From Bacteroidota bacterium (lineage in GTDB: Bacteria > Bacteroidota > Bacteroidia > UKL13-3), in the NCBI GenBank assembly GCA_947485745.1, contig CANKQY010000004.1, positions 9,337-73,336 of the forward strand: 64,000 nt of DNA, in the 5' to 3' direction. The notes beneath the pieces were generated by a model that worked only from the letters and a program-made list of their open reading frames with translations, was not told the DNA's origin and made no database searches. This document shows positions 37,607 to 46,944 of this stretch, one piece after another; the stretch's first letter is position 1; each line of letters begins with the position of its first letter. The position numbers and the translations under genes were made by a program.

Positions 37607-38653
37607 ATGAAAAAAATCGGAATCTTATTTGGACAAGAAAACACCTTCCCTCAGGCATTTGTAAACGAAATAAATAGCAGAGGTGAAAAAGACATTGAAG
37701 CTGAATTTGTAAAAATGGACAAGTTGAGTCAAGCCTCAGATTCTGGCTATGCGGTGATATTCGATAGAATTAGTCAGGATGTACCTTTTTACAAAGCCTA
37801 CCTTAAAAACGCAGCCTTAATGGGTGCAACCATTATCAATAATCCTTTTTGGTGGAGTGCCGATGAAAAGTTTTTTAACAATTGTTTGGCCGTTAAATTA
37901 GGTGTACCAGTTCCTAAAACTTACTTATTGCCTTCGCATGTTCGCCCAGATGATACCAGCGAAAACTCATTTAGGAATTTAGCCATGCCTATGGATTGGG
38001 AAACAATGTTCAAGGAAATTGGCTTTCCAGCATATATGAAACCTCATTCTGGTGGTGGTTGGAAAAGTGTATACAAGGTTAAAAGCATAGAAGATTTTTA
38101 CGAAAAACACGCTGAAACCGGCCAGTTGGTGATGCTTTTGCAAGAAGAAATTATCTTTGATGAATACTTTAGGTGCTATTGCATTGGTGGCAAATATGTA
38201 AAAATAATGCAATATGAACCAAGAAATGAACCCCATTTGCGATATGTGGTAGAAACCCCTGTTTCTAGTCAGGCTTTATTAAATACCGTTGAAGAATATA
38301 CCCTAACTCTTTGTAACGCGCTTGGCTATGAGTTCAATACAGTTGAATTTGCAGTTAGAGATGGTATTCCTTATGCCATTGATTTTTGCAACCCTGCTCC
38401 AGATGCAGATGTTCATTCTGTGGGTCAAGAAAATTTTGATTGGGTAGTTAAAACCGCGGCAGATTTTGCAATTGAAAAAGCAAAAAGTCATGTTGATGGT
38501 GGAAACAATCAAACTTGGGGAGGTTTTATCCGTGAATCGGCAGCTGGTAATGCTGCACCTGCAAAAAAAGCAACAGCACCCAAAGCTGCAGCCCTTAAAG
38601 TTGCTAAAAAGGGAGCAGCAAAAAAAGCACCACAAAAAGGAGCAGGGAAATAA
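37607..38653 (+). CDS. ATP-grasp ligase with a C-terminal Lys/Ala/Pro-rich (histone-H1-like) tail
   Basis: ATP-grasp landmarks YMKPHSGGGWKSVYKV, LLQEEI and NTVEFAVRDGIPYAIDFCNPAPD. The last 37 residues are AAGNAAPAKKATAPKAAALKVAKKGAAKKAPQKGAGK. The start is taken at ATG 37607. Confidence 0.7.
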   Translation: MKKIGILFGQENTFPQAFVNEINSRGEKDIEAEFVKMDKLSQASDSGYAVIFDRISQDVPFYKAYLKNAALMGATIINNPFWWSADEKFFNNCLAVKLGVPVPKTYLLPSHVRPDDTSENSFRNLAMPMDWETMFKEIGFPAYMKPHSGGGWKSVYKVKSIEDFYEKHAETGQLVMLLQEEIIFDEYFRCYCIGGKYVKIMQYEPRNEPHLRYVVETPVSSQALLNTVEEYTLTLCNALGYEFNTVEFAVRDGIPYAIDFCNPAPDADVHSVGQENFDWVVKTAADFAIEKAKSHVDGGNNQTWGGFIRESAAGNAAPAKKATAPKAAALKVAKKGAAKKAPQKGAGK

Positions 38654-38720
38654 TATTTTAATAACTAAAAGTCAATTTTGGATCAAACAGAATTGGTTTT
38701 TTAATTAACCCATAAAGCAG

Positions 38721-39833
38721 ATGCATGCTAGTAAATTTACTTTAGGAATAGAGGAAGAATACATGGTAATTGACCCAATTACCCGCGAACTAAAATCGCA
38801 TGAACAAAAAATTGTGGAAGCTGCAGGCAAATTGCTGTCCGACGATTCTGTAAAAGCCGAAATGCATCAAGCTGTGGTAGAAGTTGGTACAGGCATTTGC
38901 GAAAATACTACTCAAGCAAGGCAAGAGCTGGCTGGCTTAAGAAAAAACATCAATATGGTGGCTGGTGACCTTGGATTGCAAATTGGCGCAAGTGGCACCC
39001 ATCCTTTTAGTATGTGGCAAACCCAATTAATTACTGATCACCCCAGATACAGAGAAATTGTGCATGAGTTGCAAGATGCTGCTAGGTCTAATTTAATCTT
39101 TGGATTACATGTGCATGTTGGAATGGAAAACAAACAAATGGCTATTCATATTGCCAATTCTATGCGTTATTTTCTACCACATGTTTACGCCCTTTCTACC
39201 AATTCACCGTTTTGGGAAGGCCGAGATACTGGGTTCAAATCTTTTAGGACCAAGGTATTTGACAAATTTCCCAGAACGGGTATTCCAGATTATTTTGAGA
39301 GTTTTGAGGCGTACGATAACTATATAAAACTTCTTATTAAAACAGGTTGTATAGACAATGCCAAAAAGATTTGGTGGGATTTACGCGTGCATCCATTCTT
39401 TGATACCGTTGAATTTAGAATTTGTGATATTCCAATGTTATTGGATGAAACCATTGCCATTGCTGCTATTTTTCAGGCATTGTGTTACAAATTGTATTTG
39501 TTAAGATTAAAAAATATCCAATTCATAGATTACAACAGAGCACTCATTGCCGAAAATAAATACAGGGCATCGCGCTACGGTATTGAGGGTAAATTGATTG
39601 ATTTTGGCAAAGAAAAAGAAGTGGAAACAAAATACTTAATTGAAGAATTGCTCGATTTTGTAGATGATGTTTTAGATGAATTGGGTAGCAGAAAAGACAT
39701 CAGTTATGTTTATGAAATGCTTAAAAATGGAACTGGTGCTGATAGACAATTGGCAGTCTATAATAAAAACAAAGACATGAACGAACTAGTTGATTTTATT
39801 ACACACTCCACACTTATTGGAACAGATATTTAA
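38721..39833 (+). CDS. YbdK/GCS2-family carboxylate-amine ligase
   Basis: FTLGIEEEYMVIDPITREL, GLHVHVGM, FLPHVYALSTNSPFWEGRDTGFKSFR and WWDLRVHPFFDTVEFRICD are canonical GCS2 blocks. Confidence 0.85.
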   Translation: MHASKFTLGIEEEYMVIDPITRELKSHEQKIVEAAGKLLSDDSVKAEMHQAVVEVGTGICENTTQARQELAGLRKNINMVAGDLGLQIGASGTHPFSMWQTQLITDHPRYREIVHELQDAARSNLIFGLHVHVGMENKQMAIHIANSMRYFLPHVYALSTNSPFWEGRDTGFKSFRTKVFDKFPRTGIPDYFESFEAYDNYIKLLIKTGCIDNAKKIWWDLRVHPFFDTVEFRICDIPMLLDETIAIAAIFQALCYKLYLLRLKNIQFIDYNRALIAENKYRASRYGIEGKLIDFGKEKEVETKYLIEELLDFVDDVLDELGSRKDISYVYEMLKNGTGADRQLAVYNKNKDMNELVDFITHSTLIGTDI

Positions 39834-39875
39834 ATCATTGTTTGTAAGTATTCTATTATTTAATTGAATACACAT

Positions 39876-39883
39876 TATTTTTG
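39876..39883 (+). promoter_or_regulatory. Bacteroidota-type -7 promoter box (TAnnTTTG)
   Basis: TATTTTTG lies 20 nt upstream of ATG 39904, in a 70-nt intergenic gap. Confidence 0.3.
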
Positions 39884-39903
39884 CAAATTAACAAGAATAA
39901 ATA

Positions 39904-40722
39904 ATGCCATCGTTTAAAGTTGCTATATTGGATATGTATAAAGGAGAGCCAAATCAAGGGATGAGGAATATCCATGAAATATTAAACAGATACGCAGAAG
40001 AAAAAGAACTAGAAGTTACCAAGGAAGTTTTTAATGTAAGGCAGCAAAATCAAATACCCGATTTAAGCTTTGATGCCTATATTTCTTCGGGTGGACCAGG
40101 CAGTCCAGTTGATTTGGAAGGTTGGGAAGATGCCTACCTAGAATTTTTACATTCCATTATTGTTTACAATGAAAACCATAAACATAAAAAAATGGTGTTC
40201 CTCATTTGCCATTCTTTTCAAGTGTATTGCTACCATTTTAAATTGGCCAATGTTTGTAAAAGAATGAGCGAATCATTTGGTATATTTCCTATGTACAAAA
40301 CAGTAGATTGCTTAGAAAATAAATTCACCAAATTACTCGCTCAACCTTTTTATGCAGTAGATTCAAGAAAATGGCAGGTAATTCAACCAGATTTGTATGC
40401 CTTAGATATGATGGGCGCTAAAATATTAGCCATTGAAAAGGAACGACCAAACATTCCTTATGAAAGAGCTATCATGGCAATTCAATTTACACCCGAAATA
40501 ATTGGAACCCAATTTCACCCAGAGGCCGATGCTGAGGGAATGAAGTTTTACCTGAAAAGCGAAGAAAAGAAAAATGTGGTGGTAGCAAATTATGGTCAGG
40601 AAAAATATGATAGTATGATTACACTCTTGGCTGATGAAGATAAAATTCCTACAACACAAAAAAACATGATTCCTGTATTTTTAGATGAAGCCCTTTCACA
40701 ACATTTTAATTTAGTTCATTGA
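39904..40722 (+). CDS. Stand-alone class-I (type 1) glutamine amidotransferase-like protein
   Basis: ISSGGPGSP, the nucleophile elbow FLICHSFQ and a His-Glu pair in GTQFHPEAD. Confidence 0.75.
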   Translation: MPSFKVAILDMYKGEPNQGMRNIHEILNRYAEEKELEVTKEVFNVRQQNQIPDLSFDAYISSGGPGSPVDLEGWEDAYLEFLHSIIVYNENHKHKKMVFLICHSFQVYCYHFKLANVCKRMSESFGIFPMYKTVDCLENKFTKLLAQPFYAVDSRKWQVIQPDLYALDMMGAKILAIEKERPNIPYERAIMAIQFTPEIIGTQFHPEADAEGMKFYLKSEEKKNVVVANYGQEKYDSMITLLADEDKIPTTQKNMIPVFLDEALSQHFNLVH

Positions 40723-40723
40723 A

Positions 40724-41914
40724 ATGATTCAAGCAATTAGAGAAAAATACAATGCAGCATTTAACGAGGAAAATTATCAAAAATTCCTTCAACACCTTGA
40801 TGGCTTGTTTAACAAAGAAGTAATATTTAGAGTAGCCGAAACGCCTATTTTTGTTGACAAAACACTAAAAACAAAATTAATTTTTGCTTGTGAAAATATC
40901 ATAGATGAAATTTTAAATCCCAATTTCAAAGAACTCACTCAAAGGGCCATTCCTAAAAACCTTGAAGTTAAAAATGAAAATGACCACCCTCATTTTATAT
41001 GCATTGATTTTGGAATATGTGAAGACGCTCTTGGCAATTTAATACCTCAAATGATAGAGATGCAAGGCTTTGCGAGTTTATACGCTTGGGAAAACATTAT
41101 TGGCAATCAATACAAAGAACACTTTTATTGCCCACCAAATTTCAATCATTTATTGAGCAATTTAGATAGTGATAGTTTTACTGCTTTGCTCAAAAAAGTT
41201 GTTTTAGCTAATTGTAATCCCGAGGAAGTTGTGCTCATGGATTTGAAACCACATGAGCAAAAAACAAGAATTGATTTTTATGCCACGCATGATTTGCTGG
41301 GTATTCCAATTATTTGTTTAAGCGATTTGATCCAAAAAGAAAACAAATTATTCTATTTAAAAGATGGCACAGAAATGCTTATAAAACGTATTTATAATAG
41401 ATTGATATTCGACGACCTTGCTGCCAATACAGATTTTACTTATTCAGCAGATTTATTTTCTGATTTGGATGTAGAATGGGTTGGGCACCCTAATTGGTTT
41501 TATAGGATCAGCAAATACACCATGCCTTTTTTAAATAATGCCTTTGTTCCTAAAACCCAATTCCTTCATGAGGTAGCAACGATTCCAAACGATTTAGAAA
41601 ATTATGTATTAAAGCCATTGTTTAGCTTTTCTGGCCAAGGTGTAATAATTGATGTTACGCCAGAAGACATAACCCAAATTAAGGATCCTGAAAATTGGAT
41701 ACTTCAATCAAAAGTTAAATATGCAGAAGTTATTGAATCACCCACAGGAAAAGTGAAATGCGAAATTCGCATGATGTACCTTTGGCCCGATGGCGATAAA
41801 AGACCAACATTAGCTACCAATTTAGGAAGAATGAGTAAAGGAAAAATGATTGGTGTTCGATATAACCAAAACATGGATTGGGTTGGGGGTAACATTGCTT
41901 TTTTTGAAGATTAA
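40724..41914 (+). CDS. Putative ATP-dependent amidoligase, glutathionylspermidine-synthase/YgiC-YjfC-like (tentative)
   Basis: ICIDFGICEDALGNLIPQMIEMQGFASLYAW resembles the RFDF...LLEYNADTPT block of GspS-type enzymes. LKPLFSFSGQGV, CEIRMMY and GRMSKGKMIGVRYNQNMDWVGG resemble ATP-grasp nucleotide and Mg motifs. At 396 aa it is close to the length of YgiC/YjfC. This call rests on pattern recognition only. Confidence 0.45.
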   Translation: MIQAIREKYNAAFNEENYQKFLQHLDGLFNKEVIFRVAETPIFVDKTLKTKLIFACENIIDEILNPNFKELTQRAIPKNLEVKNENDHPHFICIDFGICEDALGNLIPQMIEMQGFASLYAWENIIGNQYKEHFYCPPNFNHLLSNLDSDSFTALLKKVVLANCNPEEVVLMDLKPHEQKTRIDFYATHDLLGIPIICLSDLIQKENKLFYLKDGTEMLIKRIYNRLIFDDLAANTDFTYSADLFSDLDVEWVGHPNWFYRISKYTMPFLNNAFVPKTQFLHEVATIPNDLENYVLKPLFSFSGQGVIIDVTPEDITQIKDPENWILQSKVKYAEVIESPTGKVKCEIRMMYLWPDGDKRPTLATNLGRMSKGKMIGVRYNQNMDWVGGNIAFFED

Positions 41915-41916
41915 TT

Positions 41917-43023
41917 ATGAAATATTTTTTAATAGCTGGCGAGGCCAGTGGCGATTTATTAGGTGCCAGTTTAATGGAAGGTATTATTACAAAAGACCCT
42001 CAAGCAGAATTTAACTTTTGGGGTGGCGATGAAATGAGCAAAAAATCTACCGGTCTTTTGCAACATTACAGAGACATTGCCATCATGGGTTTTGTAGAAG
42101 TGTTAATGAATATCAGAACCATCAAAGCAAATTTGGAGCGATGCAAACAACAAATAACCAGTTACCAACCAGATGTTTTAATACTCATAGATTTCCCCGG
42201 ATTTAATATGCGCATGGCAGAATTTGCCAAAAAATCTGGCATTAAAACTTGCTATTATATTGCCCCAAAAATTTGGGCTTGGAATGAAAAACGTGGTTTT
42301 AAATTAGAAAAATACATCGACTTATTACTACTCATTTTTCCTTTCGAAATTGAGTATTTTAAAAAGTGGAAAGTAAACTCACTTTATATTGGTAATCCCT
42401 TATTTAACCAAACGCAAGTATTTATTCCTGACCCAAACTTTAGAGAAAAAAACAAGCTCAACCAAAAGCCAATTATTGGATTATTGCCCGGAAGTCGCAA
42501 GCAAGAAATAAAACGCATGCTTCCTAAAATGGTATTACTCGCCGCTAAATATCCCCAATACCAATTCATCATTGCAGGTTCACCAGGCCTTACTGCCGAT
42601 TTCTACACCTCCTACTTAAGTGAAAATGTAAAATTGATATTTCATGCTACCCGAGATATTTTAGCGCACAGTGAGGCTGCGTTGGTATGCAGTGGAACCG
42701 CCTCTTTGGAAACTGCTTTTATGAAGGTGCCTCATGTGGTTGCATACGCAGCGCAACCTTTAACCTATTTAATTGCTTCTGGTTTTGTAAAAGTAAAATA
42801 TGCATCTATTATGAACCTCAGCTTTGATAGGGAAGCTGTAAGAGAATTGATCCAACATCATTTTACCCTCGAAAACCTTCAACTAGAATTTGAGGCTATT
42901 TTGCCTGGCGGGTCAAAACAACAAAAACTCCTAGCAGACTACGAACTATTGCATCAACTCTTTTCAAAAAAGAATGCGAGTGAAGCAGGTGCCGAAGCCA
43001 TCATTAAGATGATCAATGCTTAA
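41917..43023 (+). CDS. lpxB: Lipid-A-disaccharide synthase
   Basis: IAGEASGDLLGASLM, IDFPGFNMRMA, YYIAPKIWAWNEKR, LLPGSRKQEI and CSGTASLE. It starts 2 nt after the previous stop. Confidence 0.9.
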   Translation: MKYFLIAGEASGDLLGASLMEGIITKDPQAEFNFWGGDEMSKKSTGLLQHYRDIAIMGFVEVLMNIRTIKANLERCKQQITSYQPDVLILIDFPGFNMRMAEFAKKSGIKTCYYIAPKIWAWNEKRGFKLEKYIDLLLLIFPFEIEYFKKWKVNSLYIGNPLFNQTQVFIPDPNFREKNKLNQKPIIGLLPGSRKQEIKRMLPKMVLLAAKYPQYQFIIAGSPGLTADFYTSYLSENVKLIFHATRDILAHSEAALVCSGTASLETAFMKVPHVVAYAAQPLTYLIASGFVKVKYASIMNLSFDREAVRELIQHHFTLENLQLEFEAILPGGSKQQKLLADYELLHQLFSKKNASEAGAEAIIKMINA

Positions 43024-43633
43024 AATCTAAAATTGCTAAACTGGCATCACAAAAATCATATTCATACAATTGGTTGCTTGCAATAATAATGGTACGCTTT
43101 TTTAGTTGGGTTTGAACCAAATTTCTATACCATGCAATACCTTGTTCATCTAAATTCGAGCAAGGTTCATCTAAAAGCAACAAGGGAGTATTGGCATATA
43201 TAGCCATCACCAATTTGAGTCTTTGTTTCATTCCCGAAGAAAAGTGCTTGATGAACTTATTTTCTTGACCGCTTAAACCACAAGCTTGTATCATTTCTGC
43301 TAAGGTAATGTCATCCTGCTTTGGAATAATGCCAAAATGAAATTGAAGCATTTCCAATAAGTTAAAATCATCTAATAAATCTAGGTAAGGTGCAGCAATT
43401 GAAATTTTTCCAACCAAATTTTCTTCTGCTAAAATTTTACCCGCTAGCTCATATTGAATCAAACCTTTTGAATAAGTTTGGTAATTAAATATGATTTGAA
43501 TTAACGTAGATTTTCCCGAGCCATTATTGCCTACTAAAGCATAAGAACCGTTTGATTGGAAATCAAAATTTACCCCTTTAAAAACCCACTGTCGGTTAAA
43601 CTTTTTACCTATATCCTGTAGTGAGATTTTCAA
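43013..43633 (-). CDS. ABC transporter ATP-binding protein (short, stand-alone)
   Basis: Walker A GNNGSGKST, signature FSSGMKQRL and Walker B LLLLDEP. Confidence 0.8.
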   Translation of the reverse strand: MKISLQDIGKKFNRQWVFKGVNFDFQSNGSYALVGNNGSGKSTLIQIIFNYQTYSKGLIQYELAGKILAEENLVGKISIAAPYLDLLDDFNLLEMLQFHFGIIPKQDDITLAEMIQACGLSGQENKFIKHFSSGMKQRLKLVMAIYANTPLLLLDEPCSNLDEQGIAWYRNLVQTQLKKRTIIIASNQLYEYDFCDASLAILDFKH

Positions 43634-43659
43634 GTGATTGAAAGTGAAAAGACTAAATA

Positions 43660-44436
43660 TTATTTAAATCCCTTGAGCACACCGCGCTCCGAATTCCTTA
43701 TAAAAGAAAGAATTTCATCTCTTTCGGCAGTTATTTCCATTTCTGCTTCAACTATTTCGAGGGCTTTACTCAAATTGCGGTTATGGATAAACAAAATGCG
43801 ATAGATATCTTGTATTTCAGTAATCTTTTCATTACTAAAACCACTTCTCCTTAAGCCAACTGCATTTACGCCTTCATATGTCAACGGATACCTTCCAGCT
43901 TTAATAAAAGGAGGCACATCTTTACTTACCATACTACCCCCTTCAATCATCACATTTCTACCTACCAACCCAAACTGATGAATAGCAGATAAACCGCCAA
44001 TTCTTGCGCCATCTTGGATGGTAACATGTCCGGCCGCTTGCACCCCATTAGCAATAATTACTTGGTTACCAATAATGCAATCATGTGCCAAATGAGAGTA
44101 GGCCATAATTAAACAGTTTGAACCAATCTCTGTTTTAAATTTATCTTTGGTACCGCGGTTAATGGTTACACATTCGCGTATGGTAGTATTATCGCCAATA
44201 ATTGCTATGGTTTCTTCTCCATCAAATTTTAAGTCTTGAGGTATTGCAGAGATTACCGCCCCTGGAAAAATTCTTACGTTTTTTCCAATTCTTGCTCCAG
44301 GGTATATAGTTACGTTTGAACCAATCCAGGTGCCATCCCCAATTTCCACATCTTGGTGAATCATGGTAAACGGATCTACAGTCACATTTTCTCCAATGCG
44401 AGCCCGTGGGTTAATTGATGACAAGTTATGTATCAT
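43660..44436 (-). CDS. lpxA: Acyl-ACP--UDP-N-acetylglucosamine O-acyltransferase
   Basis: Hexapeptide repeats throughout, ending in the LpxA helical C-terminal domain (NAVGLRRSGFSNEKITEIQDIYRILF). Confidence 0.9.
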   Translation of the reverse strand: MIHNLSSINPRARIGENVTVDPFTMIHQDVEIGDGTWIGSNVTIYPGARIGKNVRIFPGAVISAIPQDLKFDGEETIAIIGDNTTIRECVTINRGTKDKFKTEIGSNCLIMAYSHLAHDCIIGNQVIIANGVQAAGHVTIQDGARIGGLSAIHQFGLVGRNVMIEGGSMVSKDVPPFIKAGRYPLTYEGVNAVGLRRSGFSNEKITEIQDIYRILFIHNRNLSKALEIVEAEMEITAERDEILSFIRNSERGVLKGFK

Positions 44437-45827
44437 TTATTATTAACTTTTACAACTTGTGCCATTAATTCTGCCTCACAAACTAATTTCTCTCCAACAA
44501 AAGCACTTCCTTTCATTATGGTAATTCCTCTTCTAATTGGACCAATTAAATCCAACCTAAAAATAAGCGTATCTCCTGGCACTACCTTGTCCTTAAACTT
44601 GGCATTGTCTATTTTCATGAAATAAGTATTGTAGTTTTCTGGATCTTCTACTTTTGATAAGATTAAAACCCCACCTGCTTGTGCCATTGCCTCAATAATG
44701 AGTACGCCTGGCATAATTGGGTTACCAGGAAAATGACCCTGAAAAAATGGCTCATTAAAAGTAACATTCTTGATGGCAATAATATGATTTTGACCAACCT
44801 CTAAAACCTTATCTACTAAAAGAAAAGGAAAGCGATGAGGCAACATTTTCTCAATTTGCTCTGCCCTATATAAGGGAGGTTTATTAGGATCATATTTAGG
44901 AACTCTAACTGAACTTCTAGATTTTTTAATTAAAGCCTTGATCTTCTTACCAAAGGCAATATTTGCAGCATGCCCCGGTCGAGCGGCCATAATTTGAGCT
45001 TTTATAGGCACACCAATTAGGGCTAAATCACCTATTAAATCAAGCAATTTATGCCTTGCTGGTTCATTGTGAAAACGCAAGTCAACATTGTTTAAAATAC
45101 CTTCCTTCTTTACTTCTACTTTTGGCTTATTAAACATCTTAGCCAAATTATCCAGCTCACTATCTTCAATCACCCTATCAACAATAACTATGGCATTGTT
45201 TAAATCGCCACCTTGGATCAAGCCGTTATTGTATAAAAACTCTAATTCATGTAAAAAGCAAAAAGTTCTACAACTGGCAATGTCTGTTTCAAACTCCTTT
45301 AAATTAGTTAAAGAGGCATGTTGTGAACCTAAAACTGGTGAATTATAATCTACCATTACCGTTAACCTATAATCGTCTAATGGCATGGCAATCATCTCTA
45401 CACTTCTATCTGCTTCCGTGTAATAAATATTATGTGGCACCACAAAATACTCCCTCTCCGATTCTAATTCTTGGATGCCAGCATCTTTCAATGCTTTCAT
45501 AAAAAATTGAGAACTGCCATCCATAATTGGTGTTTCACCACCATTGATTTGAACCATGCAATTGTCAATTTCCAATGCAGCCAAAGAAGCCATTACGTGC
45601 TCAACTGTTGCAACTCTTGCGCCATTTTGCTCAATGGTGGTACCCCTAGAAGTATCAACCACATTGTCAACATCAGCATCTACCATGGGCATGCCTGGTA
45701 AATCAACCCTCTGAAATTTAATTCCATGGTTATCTTCTGCAGGAAGGAAGGTGAGTGTAACCATTTGGCCAGTATGCAGACCAACCCCTTCTAAACTTAC
45801 AGATTTCTTAATCGTTGTTTGCTTCAT
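44433..45827 (-). CDS. lpxC/fabZ: Bifunctional UDP-3-O-acyl-GlcNAc deacetylase / 3-hydroxyacyl-ACP dehydratase
   Basis: N-terminal LpxC (TIKKSVSLEGVGLHTGQ, ATVEHVMASLAAL, HKLLDLIGDLAL) is fused to FabZ (LPHRFPFLLVDKV, FFQGHFPGNPIMPGVLIIEAMAQ). Confidence 0.9.
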   Translation of the reverse strand: MKQTTIKKSVSLEGVGLHTGQMVTLTFLPAEDNHGIKFQRVDLPGMPMVDADVDNVVDTSRGTTIEQNGARVATVEHVMASLAALEIDNCMVQINGGETPIMDGSSQFFMKALKDAGIQELESEREYFVVPHNIYYTEADRSVEMIAMPLDDYRLTVMVDYNSPVLGSQHASLTNLKEFETDIASCRTFCFLHELEFLYNNGLIQGGDLNNAIVIVDRVIEDSELDNLAKMFNKPKVEVKKEGILNNVDLRFHNEPARHKLLDLIGDLALIGVPIKAQIMAARPGHAANIAFGKKIKALIKKSRSSVRVPKYDPNKPPLYRAEQIEKMLPHRFPFLLVDKVLEVGQNHIIAIKNVTFNEPFFQGHFPGNPIMPGVLIIEAMAQAGGVLILSKVEDPENYNTYFMKIDNAKFKDKVVPGDTLIFRLDLIGPIRRGITIMKGSAFVGEKLVCEAELMAQVVKVNNK

Positions 45828-45882
45828 AAATATTGCTGCAAAAAAACGAAAAGTTAGCGTATTGTTAAGCTTTTTTTCGTTT

Positions 45883-46920
45883 TTATTCTTTCTTCAAGGA
45901 TTTAATCTCCTTTTCAAGCGTGTCAATTCTAATCAAAAGTTCGGGTAAACGCTTAAATAATGAGGCCGATCTTAATGCGTCTCTCACTCCTAGTATGGGT
46001 GTTCCGAACCATTTTCCATTTTCTTCTTTGATAGAACCTACCACACCACTTTGGCCCCCAAACTGATTATTATCGGCTATGGTTAAATGTCCGGCAAAGG
46101 CTACCTGACCACCAATAACATTGTATTTTCCAATTTTTGTGGAGCCTGCAACGCCAGCCTGACCTGCAATAACGGTGTGATCGCCTACTTCGGCATTGTG
46201 GGCAATTTGAATGAGGTTGTCAAATTTAACCCCTTTTCTAATATGGGTTGAACCCATGGTGGCCCTGTCTATTGTGCAATTTGCGCCAATCTCCACATCC
46301 GATTCCATGATCACATTTCCAATCTGAGGAATTTTTTTATAAGAGCCATCAGGTAAAAGAGAAAATCCAAAGCCATCACCACCAATGATGGTTCCTGAGT
46401 GTAAAATACAGTTATCGCCAATGATACAATCGTGGTAAATTTTAACCCCAGAATAAAAAATACAGTTTTTACCAACCTTCACATTCGCACCTAAAAACAC
46501 ATGCGGAAATAGTTTGGTATTCTCTCCTACTGTAACATTTTTTGAAACATAGGCGAATGCTCCTACATAAGCATTTTCGCCAACCACAGCAGTCTCATCT
46601 ATAAAACTCATTTGCTCAATTCCAGCTAATTCAATAGCAGTGTTTCCAAATTGTTCAAGCAGGTTAGTGAAGGTTGCGTAGGAATCTTCCACCCTAATTA
46701 AAATAGTATTGTATGCTTTTGATGGAACAAAAGTTTTATTGACCAAAACAGCAGATGACTGAGTGGTATAAATATGATTTTCGTATTTGGGATTGGCAAA
46801 AAAAGAAAGTGCACCTGTAGTTCCTTCTTGAATTTTTGCAATGGTATTAAGCATTTGAGTGCCATCTCCTTCAAAGGTTCCTTGCACTAATTCGGCAAGT
46901 TCTGCGATACTAATTTGCAT
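45883..46920 (-). CDS. lpxD: UDP-3-O-(3-hydroxyacyl)glucosamine N-acyltransferase
   Basis: An N-terminal uridine-binding domain followed by a long hexapeptide-repeat region (IGDNCILHSGTIIGGDGFGF, IAHNAEVGDHTVIAGQAGVAGST). Confidence 0.9.
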   Translation of the reverse strand: MQISIAELAELVQGTFEGDGTQMLNTIAKIQEGTTGALSFFANPKYENHIYTTQSSAVLVNKTFVPSKAYNTILIRVEDSYATFTNLLEQFGNTAIELAGIEQMSFIDETAVVGENAYVGAFAYVSKNVTVGENTKLFPHVFLGANVKVGKNCIFYSGVKIYHDCIIGDNCILHSGTIIGGDGFGFSLLPDGSYKKIPQIGNVIMESDVEIGANCTIDRATMGSTHIRKGVKFDNLIQIAHNAEVGDHTVIAGQAGVAGSTKIGKYNVIGGQVAFAGHLTIADNNQFGGQSGVVGSIKEENGKWFGTPILGVRDALRSASLFKRLPELLIRIDTLEKEIKSLKKE

Positions 46921-46944
46921 ATGGTAATAATTGTTTTTTACAAG

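Noticed and set aside
38303-38708. ORFs 38303-38635 (-) and 38466-38708 (+) over the 3' end of the ATP-grasp gene, considered as possible precursor peptides
   Set aside because: They are alternative-frame and antisense readings of the GCA/AAA-rich tail-coding region (Cys/Phe-rich or Gln/Lys-rich low complexity). They have no independent start context.
38654-38720. CAATT...AATTG stem followed by GTTTTTT between the ATP-grasp and GCS2 genes, considered as an attenuator or terminator
   Set aside because: The stem is 5 bp, all A-T, with a 13-nt loop. This is too weak to call, and the two genes may still be co-transcribed.
45839-45884. AAAACGAAAA...TTTTCGTTTT hairpin between lpxD and lpxC/fabZ
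   Set aside because: The stem is almost entirely A-T (2 G-C pairs) with a 16-nt loop, and the sequence is AT-rich and homopolymeric. It could be a weak intercistronic structure, but it is not distinguishable from chance.
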